This document shows positions 10,434 to 18,706 of a DNA stretch of 64,000 nt, one piece after another; positions within the stretch are counted from its first letter, which is position 1, and every line of letters begins with the position of its first letter. The notes under the pieces are model-generated. The model was not told the DNA's origin. It saw only the letters and a program-made list of their open reading frames with translations, and searched no databases. Source of the stretch: Candidatus Methanoperedenaceae archaeon (GTDB lineage Archaea > Halobacteriota > Methanosarcinia > Methanosarcinales > Methanoperedenaceae); the NCBI GenBank assembly GCA_963753595.1, contig CAVWCX010000007.1:1-64000 (forward strand). The letters are read 5' to 3'. The position numbers and the translations under genes were made by a program.

Positions 10434-10643
10434 CAAAAAAAGGCTAAATATAACTGTCATTACTCATTCCATTATCTTTATTTTCATAATATAAAGAAGG
10501 AGAATGTCTTTGGAGGAAAAAATACCACCGCCCCCCAACCCGCCAACGCTTTTCTAAGCATGCTTATATTTAATTATCTATTTAAATCACTTTTCCCAAA
10601 CTTTACCCAAGCATTGGCATATAAATTTAATAAAAATAGGAAG

Positions 10644-11979
10644 TTATTTCCAATACGGTTTTCTCAACTCAATATATGCATTATGAGCCACAGTTGCTCC
10701 ATTCGCGACAGCCACTACAACGAGCGCAAGATCAGAAGCGATATCCCCAACAGCATATATCCCATCGATATTAGTCTTCTGGGTCTTATCCGTTTTAAGA
10801 TATCCCCTGTCATCCATTTCAAGACCAAGTTTCTTGAATATCTCAGTGTTTGGGGTCATGCCCAAAGCCAGGACCACTGAATCCACAACCTGCTGGATGT
10901 TTTCATCTTCCTTCAGGTCTTTCATTATAACTTTTTCGACCTTGTCCGTACCGGAAATTTCAACAACTTCAGTATTATATAACACCTTGATTTTATCGAT
11001 CGCTTTCAGGCGTTCTATCTTATTCGGTACTGCCCTTAATTCATCATTCTTGCAGGCAATGGTAATAAGATCCGCAGTTTCGGCGAGGCTTAGAGCTGCG
11101 TCCGCTGCTGAATTCCCGCCGCCCACTATTATGACACGCTTCCCCTGGAAATTCTGGGGATTCCTGACATAATAATAAACGCCCCTTTCATTCGTACTGA
11201 ATTTTTCTTCACCCTTTATACCGCCTGTCGCAGGAGAACTGCCAGTTGCAAGAACCAGGATCTTACCTCTGTATTCCCCGCTTTCTGAAATGACCTTCTT
11301 GTCTTGGTGTAATCTCATTCACACGTTCTTTTTTCATATCCACTTTCAGTTTCTTTGCTTCATCCATCCAGCTATTTACAAGGTCAGAGCAAGTTGATTT
11401 CTCGCAGAGTCCAGGGAAGTTCTCGATCATCTTGTTCGGGCATAACCATGACAGGATACCACCCCAATTGGAAGCTTCAAATATCGCCGTCTTGAGTCCC
11501 CGGTATGCACACAAAATCCCTGTTGTCAGCCCGCCCGGGCCGCCGCCAACGATGATCACATCAAAATCGTATTTTTCAGCTTCAATTTTTGCCTTCTCCT
11601 CTTTTTTAGACATATAATCCTTGATAGCAGCATGCAGTGCATCCGCCGCAAGGTTAGAGCAGTGCATCTTGATGAGCGGCAAACCTCCAAGTTCCTCGGC
11701 AACCTCACCGCGTGTGATCTTAAGAGCCTCTTCCAGCGTTTTCCCGATAGCCATTTCCGTGATCATACTGCTTGTTGCGATAGCGGACCCGCAGCCGAAC
11801 GTTTTGAATTTCACATCCTTCAGGATATTGTTCTCGACTTTGATCTGTATCTCCATTAAATCCCCGCATACGGGATTCCCAACTCTTCCCGTGCCATCTG
11901 CATCCTTTATCTGCCCCACATTTCTCGGATTCCTGAAATGATCCATTACCTTTTCTGAATATTCGAATTGCTCTTCCAT
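10644..11979 (-). CDS. IscU/NifU scaffold fused to a TrxR-fold FAD oxidoreductase (FNR-like); one +1 indel at ~11305
   Basis: N-terminal IscU (YSEKVMDHF, NPVCGD, FGCGSAIA, KMHCSNLA) continues in frame into DVIIVGGGPGG. Removing one base in ACACCAAGAC joins it to the ORF carrying LATG, GGGNSA and YAVGD. Confidence 0.85.
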
Positions 11980-11980
11980 A

Positions 11981-13144
11981 TTATTTCCTCGTATAAAGCG
12001 GTGACAATTCCCTCAATCTTGCGACGATCTTCGGGACTGATTCAATTACATGATCCACATCTTCTTCGGTGTTACCACGTCCAAGCGTAAGCAATAATGA
12101 GCCGTGCGCTTCCTCATGCCTTAATCCTGTTGCGATAAGAACATGCGAGGGCTCAAGCGTTTTTGAAGAACAGGCAGATCCTGTGCTTGCTGTTATCCCC
12201 AGGTCATTAAGCTGGAGTATGATGCTTTCACCTTCTATGAAGCTGAACCTGAAACTTGCATTATTGGGAAGCCTTTTTGTCCTGTGGCCTGTAAGATAGG
12301 TATATTCGATCTTAAGGATATTATCGATAAGCCTGTCCCGCATTTTTATATTTCTTGCGCTTTGTTCTAGCATTTCTATTTGTGCGATCTGGGCGGCTTT
12401 ACCCATGCCGGCGATACCCGGAATATTCTCTGAACCGCTTCTCATCCCGAATTCCTGCCCACCACCGAGCATGAAAGGAATTAATCTTGCGCCCTGTTTA
12501 ATATACAGCGCACCTGTGCCTTTTGGCCCTCCCAGGTCATTTGAAGAGATCGTCAGGAAGTCGATATGTTCCTTTTCAACATCCACCGGAATTTTACCAA
12601 CAGCAGCAGTCCCGTCAACATGGAACATTACCTTCGCATCAGTTGCTATCTGGCCAATTTCTTGTATTGGCTGGACTGTTCCTATCTCGCCGTTAGCATA
12701 CATTACTGAAATCAGGATCGTTTTATCTGTTATGGCATTCTTTACCTGTCCGGGATTCAGGAGCCCGTCCTTATCCACAGGAAGAAATGTGACCTCAAAC
12801 CCGTTCCTTTGCAGGTCTTTTAATGTATTCATAACTGACATATGCTCTATCGAAGTCGTGATTATATGATTGCCTTTATCCTTATAGCGCATGGCTGCAC
12901 CGCGAAGTGCGAGATTGTTGGATTCTGTTGCGCAGGAAGTGAAAATAATGCTCTTTGAATTCGGGGCGCCTACCAGCTTTGCTACGCTGATCCTGGCATT
13001 TTCAAGCTCTCTCTTGGCTTTTCGTCCCTGGGAGTGAAGGGATGATGGATTACCGATCTCTGTTTCAAAAAATGGTATCATTGCTTCAAGCACGCGTGCA
13101 TCTACGGGTGAAGCTGACCCGTAATCCATGTAAACCTGTTTCAT
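11981..13144 (-). CDS. iscS: Cysteine desulfurase (IscS/NifS type)
   Basis: VYMDYGSASP, GNPSSLH, ATESNN, IEHMSV, ANGEIG, STGSACSS. Start placed at MKQVYMD (13144). The PLP-site segment reads SSNDLGGPKG rather than the usual SxHK. Confidence 0.92.
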   Translation of the reverse strand: MKQVYMDYGSASPVDARVLEAMIPFFETEIGNPSSLHSQGRKAKRELENARISVAKLVGAPNSKSIIFTSCATESNNLALRGAAMRYKDKGNHIITTSIEHMSVMNTLKDLQRNGFEVTFLPVDKDGLLNPGQVKNAITDKTILISVMYANGEIGTVQPIQEIGQIATDAKVMFHVDGTAAVGKIPVDVEKEHIDFLTISSNDLGGPKGTGALYIKQGARLIPFMLGGGQEFGMRSGSENIPGIAGMGKAAQIAQIEMLEQSARNIKMRDRLIDNILKIEYTYLTGHRTKRLPNNASFRFSFIEGESIILQLNDLGITASTGSACSSKTLEPSHVLIATGLRHEEAHGSLLLTLGRGNTEEDVDHVIESVPKIVARLRELSPLYTRK

Positions 13145-13187
13145 GTTGTCACTTTTATTAATCTGTTTTTGACCCTTATATTTATCC

Positions 13188-13349
13188 CTAGATACGCCTG
13201 TCTCTGCCCTCAGGCCCTTCGCATTCCGGTATATAGCATGTCGCATCTATGAACGAGCATGTTTCTTTGCAGCTCGGGCACCTTTCCGGTGGAGTGGCTT
13301 TTCCTTCGAACTGGTATCCGCACAATGAACATTTCCACTGTATTTTCAT
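13188..13349 (-). CDS. Small rubredoxin-like Cys-rich protein (53 aa; absent from ORF track)
   Basis: Hand translation MKIQWKCSLCGYQFEGKATPPERCPSCKETCSFIDATCYIPECEGPEGRDRRI; preceded by AGGAGGT RBS; WKCxxCGY...PPxxCPxC motif. Confidence 0.85.
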   Translation of the reverse strand: MKIQWKCSLCGYQFEGKATPPERCPSCKETCSFIDATCYIPECEGPEGRDRRI

Positions 13350-13358
13350 AATTACCTC

Positions 13359-13718
13359 CTAAAACCACATAGTACCATCAGCATCAAGCACAAGGTCGTT
13401 AAGCGTAGCAGCTCCAACTATCTCGGCTTTTGGAATGAAATCACCAGTTGCAAGGTTTATCAGTTGGCAGCTCTGCTCACAAACCATGAGTTTAACACCT
13501 GCTTTTATGGTCTGGTCCATTACTTCTTTAAGTGTGGGAAAAGAACCCATCTTTATCTTTTCAGCATTTCCCTTTTTTACGACCGTAACGCCCATCCCGA
13601 GGAAATAGATTATAGGATCAATCCCCATTGCCTTTGCGGTCTGTGCAAGGATGAAAGGGGAATAAAGTCGTTCTGGTGTATCGATTCCGCTTGTCTGGAC
13701 GTATAGAATGTTTGTCAT
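13359..13718 (-). CDS. DsrE/DsrF-like sulfur relay family protein
   Basis: PERLYSPFILA..A.AM, IYFLGMGV, GVKLMVCEQS, IVGAATL. Confidence 0.85.
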   Translation of the reverse strand: MTNILYVQTSGIDTPERLYSPFILAQTAKAMGIDPIIYFLGMGVTVVKKGNAEKIKMGSFPTLKEVMDQTIKAGVKLMVCEQSCQLINLATGDFIPKAEIVGAATLNDLVLDADGTMWF

Positions 13719-13867
13719 TTGGATCTCCCGGTATAATATTAGGTTTTATAATAGATACACTTTTGCATTTTATTTTATCTTTATACTCTGCAGGTCTGCC
13801 GCGACTGGGAGAAACCACAATGCAAACCCAAGAGGAACACGGAGTCATGAGATGCCCCGCATCTCAG

Positions 13868-15597
13868 GAGGCTGTCCGATAATTAACTGAAAAACTCTCC
13901 GATTTTTCCATAATTCCAAATTATAATCAAGCCCATTGCTTGCGAAATAATTTCAAAACATTTATATCATACAAATACAGTTTTTAAATAAATATGACTT
14001 TCTATAAAGACCTCAAAGACCAGGAACTGCTCTTACCTCCAAACATTCGTGATATGATACCAAAAAATCACATCTGCCATCTGGTTGATAAAATAATCCA
14101 GAATATGGATCTATCTGATATCGAAAAGGAATACGAAGGAGCAGGACACCCCGCATATCATCCAAAACTCATCCTCAAGCTTCTGATATTGGGTCAAATA
14201 GATGGAGTACGTTCATCAAGGATAATAGCAAAAAATGCTAGAGAGAACGTGGTATACATTTACCTTGCAGGTCTTCTCCAACCTGATTTCAGGACGATAA
14301 GCGACTTTCGGAAAAACAATCTTGAAATGGTCAAATCATCATTTCATGAAGTTGTAAAATTCGCAAAAGATCTTGGCATGGTATCTCTTGGTCACATATG
14401 CATTGATGGAACAAAAATAAAAGCCAATGCATCAAATCACAGTGCAGTAACAAAAGATGATTTTTTAAAATTGAAGGAACTCGTTGAAAGAGAACTGGAA
14501 GAAGGCATCAGAATAGACGAGGAAGAGGACAGGATCCATGGTGATAAGAATATCGATGAGCTGCCAGATAACATCTTTGACAAAACGATAGCGGAAAAAT
14601 TGAAAGAGAAATATCAGTCAGGGAGCAAAGAACAAAAAGAAAAAATCAAGAAACAGGTTGATAAGATCGAAAAAGAAATCGAAAAATCAGAGAGTGCCAT
14701 CAGTGCTACTGATCCTGAAAGCAGGTTCATGCCAAATAACAAGAAGGTCACTGAATATTCCTATAATCCTCAGATAACAGCGGATTCTTCTTTTGGGATA
14801 ATCATTTCCAACGATGTCACGTCAGAGGTAAGGGATGCAAATCAGCTTAAGCCTCAGATAATACAGGCAGAAGAGAATGTTGGAACCCTTCCGGAAGGTA
14901 CGAAGGTGAGTGCTGATAATGGATATTCAAGCAGCAAGAATCTCAAATTCATGAAGAAAAAAAAGCTGGATGGCTATATCCCGGATGAAAAAACGGCATC
15001 AAACCTGAACAAAAATGAAGGAAAACCAGAAAACCCATTCGGTAAAGAGAATTTCGATTATGACCCGATAGAAGATTGTTTCATTTGCCCCAATAATCAG
15101 AAACTGACGTTCCGTTTTGAGTATGTGGATATTGCCAAAAACAGAAATGTGCGGATTTATAAAGGCACTCAGTGTAAGCAATGTCCTGATCGTAAAAAAT
15201 GTTCAAAGAACTCTCGGGATGGAAAAGTGATCAAGAATTATGAGGGGATGGAAGAGGAAAGAAGGAAGATGGCTTCTAAATTGATGTCAAAAGAGGGAGC
15301 ATTGACATATCAGACGAGGAAAAAGGTCGTGGAGTGCATCTTTGGTCATATCAAGAGGAATCTTGGGTTCAGGGAATTTCTGTTGAGAGGGATTAATGGG
15401 GCGAAAATTGAGTTCAATCTTACCTGCATTGCTTCAAACCTGAGAAGAATGTGGAACTTTTTGAATGGATTTATTGAAGTAAGATGTTAAATTGGAGAAG
15501 AAGTATCGTTTTTTTTTGTTTGTCTGAAAAATTAGGCAATTATTGCTGAAACATTGCTTGAATAAACTGTATTTGATATCAAATGTCGGTCAACCTC
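13868..15597 (+). mobile_element. IS1182-family insertion sequence, copy 1 (1730 bp)
   Basis: Imperfect TIRs GAGGCTGTCCGATAATT / GAGGTTGACCGACATTT; 5-bp target duplication CTCAG at 13863-13867 and 15598-15602; ends confirmed by comparison with copy 2. Confidence 0.93.
13994..15490 (+). CDS. IS1182-family DDE transposase
   Basis: G.PAYHP, SSR.I, PDFRTISDFR, IDGTKIKANAS, TDPESR, ADNGY, VECIFGHIK. Confidence 0.95.
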   Translation: MTFYKDLKDQELLLPPNIRDMIPKNHICHLVDKIIQNMDLSDIEKEYEGAGHPAYHPKLILKLLILGQIDGVRSSRIIAKNARENVVYIYLAGLLQPDFRTISDFRKNNLEMVKSSFHEVVKFAKDLGMVSLGHICIDGTKIKANASNHSAVTKDDFLKLKELVERELEEGIRIDEEEDRIHGDKNIDELPDNIFDKTIAEKLKEKYQSGSKEQKEKIKKQVDKIEKEIEKSESAISATDPESRFMPNNKKVTEYSYNPQITADSSFGIIISNDVTSEVRDANQLKPQIIQAEENVGTLPEGTKVSADNGYSSSKNLKFMKKKKLDGYIPDEKTASNLNKNEGKPENPFGKENFDYDPIEDCFICPNNQKLTFRFEYVDIAKNRNVRIYKGTQCKQCPDRKKCSKNSRDGKVIKNYEGMEEERRKMASKLMSKEGALTYQTRKKVVECIFGHIKRNLGFREFLLRGINGAKIEFNLTCIASNLRRMWNFLNGFIEVRC

Positions 15598-15727
15598 CTC
15601 AGCTGCGATTGGGAGCTTCACTGATCGCGAACTGAAGGCGAGAGAAACCAAGAAACCTTTTTTCCAAACTAAAAATAGGCGTGCATGAACAAATTTAAAT
15701 CGGATAGTGAACTGATTATTGGATCAA

Positions 15728-16078
15728 TTATTTATGTAAGTCTCTTAATGAGATCCATTTCATCAAAGGCATTATAGCGTTTCTCAGTTCTATTCCTTCT
15801 TTAGTCAGGGAGTACTCCACTCTTGGAGGTATTTCAGCAAATGCTTCTCTCTTGATTAAGTTCGCATTTTCGAGTTCTTTTAATCTATCTGATAATGTTT
15901 TTGGGCCTATCTCGCCCAACTTTTTTTCAAGTTCATTATAGCGTAATTTCTGGTTATTCCCTATTGCACTGATAATCAGGATTGCCCATTTTTTGCTGAG
16001 AATGCCTATGATACCTTCAATAGAACACAAACATATATCGTCCTCGTGTGTGGTGCATCTCTTGTTTTCCTTTTGCAT
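15728..16078 (-). CDS. HxlR/DUF24-family winged-helix regulator
   Basis: CSIEGII.ILSKKW..LII, LSDRLKELE, FAEIPPRVEYSLT. Confidence 0.93.
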   Translation of the reverse strand: MQKENKRCTTHEDDICLCSIEGIIGILSKKWAILIISAIGNNQKLRYNELEKKLGEIGPKTLSDRLKELENANLIKREAFAEIPPRVEYSLTKEGIELRNAIMPLMKWISLRDLHK

Positions 16079-16111
16079 AATGACTTCCTTATTTGATAGT
16101 TGCTATTTAAC

Positions 16112-16150
16112 TTTAAACTTGATAGTTTAAATACTTTATTAACTGAAGTA
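16112..16150. promoter_or_regulatory. Candidate HxlR operator palindromes in a divergent promoter
   Basis: TTTAAACT-tgat-AGTTTAAA (16112-16131) and TACTT-N9-AAGTA (16132-16150). Confidence 0.5.
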
Positions 16151-16178
16151 ACTTTAAAGATAAAAGGAGGTGAAATAG

Positions 16179-16310
16179 ATGTGCTTACAGTGCCTTTCCA
16201 TTAATAAGAATCATGATAAGCAATTGAATGATTCTAAAGAAACTAAAAATAAAGATGTTGACAGCGAAGAATACGAGAAAGTTTTAAACAAAGGTTTTAA
16301 CACAACTTAA
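16179..16310 (+). CDS. Small peptide with N-terminal CxxC (43 aa; absent from ORF track)
   Basis: Strong RBS AAAGGAGGTGA; hand translation MCLQCLSINKNHDKQLNDSKETKNKDVDSEEYEKVLNKGFNTT. Confidence 0.6.
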   Translation: MCLQCLSINKNHDKQLNDSKETKNKDVDSEEYEKVLNKGFNTT

Positions 16311-16317
16311 AATGTCC

Positions 16318-16342
16318 CTGCCCCTGTTTGAGACTGGGGCAG
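16318..16342 (+). terminator. GC hairpin after the small ORF (terminator, attenuator or stability element)
   Basis: CTGCCCC-N11-GGGGCAG followed by TTATTTATT. Confidence 0.4.
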
Positions 16343-16372
16343 TTATTTATTCATATAAAATAGGAGATAAAA

Positions 16373-16825
16373 ATGGAAATAATAAATATCATTATGCTCT
16401 GGTTGCATTATCTGGCAACTGTAATGTGGATCGGGGGGATGGCGTTTAATCTATTGGTACTTCGCCCTTCGATGATAGTAGTTGATCAAAATCAGCGCCC
16501 AACACTCGGAACTACGGTATTGAAGCGTTTCATCATTTTTGCATGGCTAAGCATCGTATTACTGTTCATTACAGGTATTTCAATTGCTTCAAGTCGTATA
16601 GCCTTTGAGGATATTTTCAATACAACGTATGGAATTATTTTGTTGAGCAAACACGTTGTAACTTTGATAATGGTCCTTATTGTTACCTGGGTTAGTTTTG
16701 TTCTTTCTACGAAATTGGCGCAACTTGCCCCGAAACCGAACACTATCATAATATTAGTAAAAACCAATCTGACGTTGGGCATATTGGTGCTACTATTAAC
16801 CACAATCTTAAAAGGAGCAGGATAG
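16373..16825 (+). CDS. CopD/DUF4149-like four-TM membrane protein
   Basis: WLHYLATVMWIGG, LLFITG, YG..LLSKH. Confidence 0.75.
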   Translation: MEIINIIMLWLHYLATVMWIGGMAFNLLVLRPSMIVVDQNQRPTLGTTVLKRFIIFAWLSIVLLFITGISIASSRIAFEDIFNTTYGIILLSKHVVTLIMVLIVTWVSFVLSTKLAQLAPKPNTIIILVKTNLTLGILVLLLTTILKGAG

Positions 16826-16956
16826 AAAACAGATTTACAAGAGATCGTTCACTATCCCAACTAATTCAAAACCCTACGCCTGCTTAGAAGACATAAAATA
16901 TGGTATTCAAATAAGATGCAAAACCCTTGAGCATCCACAGGATGCCCCCGATATTT

Positions 16957-18686
16957 GAGGTTGACCGACATTTGATATCAAATACAGTTTATTCAAGCAA
17001 TGTTTCAGCAATAATTGCCTAATTTTTCAGACAAACAAAAAAAAACGATACTTCTTCTCCAATTTAACATCTTACTTCAATAAATCCATTCAAAAAGTTC
17101 CACATTCTTCTCAGGTTTGAAGCAATGCAGGTAAGATTGAACTCAATTTTCGCCCCATTAATCCCTCTCAACAGAAATTCCCTGAACCCAAGATTCCTCT
17201 TGATATGACCAAAGATGCACTCCACGACCTTTTTCCTCGTCTGATATGTCAATGCTCCCTCTTTTGACATCAATTTAGAAGCCATCTTCCTTCTTTCCTC
17301 TTCCATCCCCTCATAATTCTTGATCACTTTTCCATCCCGAGAGTTCTTTGAACATTTTTTACGATCAGGACATTGCTTACACTGAGTGCCTTTATAAATC
17401 CGCACATTTCTGTTTTTGGCAATATCCACATACTCAAAACGGAACGTCAGTTTCTGATTATTGGGGCAAATGAAACAATCTTCTATCGGGTCATAATCGA
17501 AATTCTCTTTACCGAATGGGTTTTCTGGTTTTCCTTCATTTTTGTTCAGGTTTGATGCCGTTTTTTCATCCGGGATATAGCCATCCAGCTTTTTTTTCTT
17601 CATGAATTTGAGATTCTTGCTGCTTGAATATCCATTATCAGCACTCACCTTCGTACCTTCCGGAAGGGTTCCAACATTCTCTTCTGCCTGTATTATCTGA
17701 GGCTGAAGCTGATTTGCATCCCTTACCTCTGACGTGACATCGTTGGAAATGATTATCCCAAAAGAAGAATCCGCTGTTATCTGAGGATTATAGGAATATT
17801 CAGTGACCTTCTTGTTATTTGGCATGAACCTGCTTTCAGGATCAGTAGCACTGATGGCACTCTCTGATTTTTCGATTTCTTTTTCGATCTTATCAACCTG
17901 TTTCTTGATTTTTTCTTTTTGTTCTTTGCTCCCTGACTGATATTTCTCTTTCAATTTTTCCGCTATCGTTTTGTCAAAGATGTTATCTGGCAGCTCATCG
18001 ATATTCTTATCACCATGGATCCTGTCCTCTTCCTCGTCTATTCTGATGCCTTCTTCCAGTTCTCTTTCAACGAGTTCCTTCAATTTTAAAAAATCATCTT
18101 TTGTTACTGCACTGTGATTTGATGCATTGGCTTTTATTTTTGTTCCATCAATGCATATGTGACCAAGAGATACCATGCCAAGATCTTTTGCGAATTTTAC
18201 AACTTCATGAAATGATGATTTGACCATTTCAAGATTGTTTTTCCGAAAGTCGCTTATCGTCCTGAAATCAGGTTGGAGAAGACCTGCAAGGTAAATGTAT
18301 ACCACGTTCTCTCTAGCATTTTTTGCTATTATCCTTGATGAACGTACTCCATCTATTTGACCCAATATCAGAAGCTTGAGGATGAGTTTTGGATGATATG
18401 CGGGGTGTCCTGCTCCTTCGTATTCCTTTTCGATATCAGATAGATCCATATTCTGGATTATTTTATCAACCAGATGGCAGATGTGATTTTTTGGTATCAT
18501 ATCACGAATGTTTGGAGGTAAGAGCAGTTCCTGGTCTTTGAGGTCTTTATAGAAAGTCATATTTATTTAAAAACTGTATTTGTATGATATAAATGTTTTG
18601 AAATTATTTCGCAAGCAATGGGCTTGATTATAATTTGGAATTATGGAAAAATCGGAGAGTTTTTCAGTTAATTATCGGACAGCCTC
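16957..18686 (-). mobile_element. IS1182-family insertion sequence, copy 2 (1730 bp, inverted relative to copy 1)
   Basis: Same TIRs as copy 1; 4-bp target duplication ATTT at 16953-16956 and 18687-18690; inserted in the loop of TGCCCCCGA...TCGGGGGCA. Confidence 0.93.
17064..18560 (-). CDS. IS1182-family DDE transposase
   Basis: Identical to the copy-1 protein except NQLQPQ versus NQLKPQ. Confidence 0.95.
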   Translation of the reverse strand: MTFYKDLKDQELLLPPNIRDMIPKNHICHLVDKIIQNMDLSDIEKEYEGAGHPAYHPKLILKLLILGQIDGVRSSRIIAKNARENVVYIYLAGLLQPDFRTISDFRKNNLEMVKSSFHEVVKFAKDLGMVSLGHICIDGTKIKANASNHSAVTKDDFLKLKELVERELEEGIRIDEEEDRIHGDKNIDELPDNIFDKTIAEKLKEKYQSGSKEQKEKIKKQVDKIEKEIEKSESAISATDPESRFMPNNKKVTEYSYNPQITADSSFGIIISNDVTSEVRDANQLQPQIIQAEENVGTLPEGTKVSADNGYSSSKNLKFMKKKKLDGYIPDEKTASNLNKNEGKPENPFGKENFDYDPIEDCFICPNNQKLTFRFEYVDIAKNRNVRIYKGTQCKQCPDRKKCSKNSRDGKVIKNYEGMEEERRKMASKLMSKEGALTYQTRKKVVECIFGHIKRNLGFREFLLRGINGAKIEFNLTCIASNLRRMWNFLNGFIEVRC

Positions 18687-18706
18687 ATTTGTCGGGGGCA
18701 GTGACT

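Noticed and set aside
10560-10880. 106-aa + strand ORF
   Set aside because: It mostly overlaps the reductase antisense and has no RBS or recognisable motif.
11290-11320. Programmed ribosomal frameshift in the IscU-reductase fusion
   Set aside because: No slippery heptamer or downstream structure, and the break falls mid FAD domain; a single-base error or mutation is simpler.
13145-13246. 34-aa N-terminal extension of IscS given by the ORF track
   Set aside because: It overlaps the rubredoxin-like ORF, and IscS homology starts at MKQVYMD.
13868-18686. Composite transposon that delivered the hxlR-copD cargo
   Set aside because: Each IS has its own matching TSD and the outer flanks (CTCAG versus ATTT) do not match, so these are two independent insertions.
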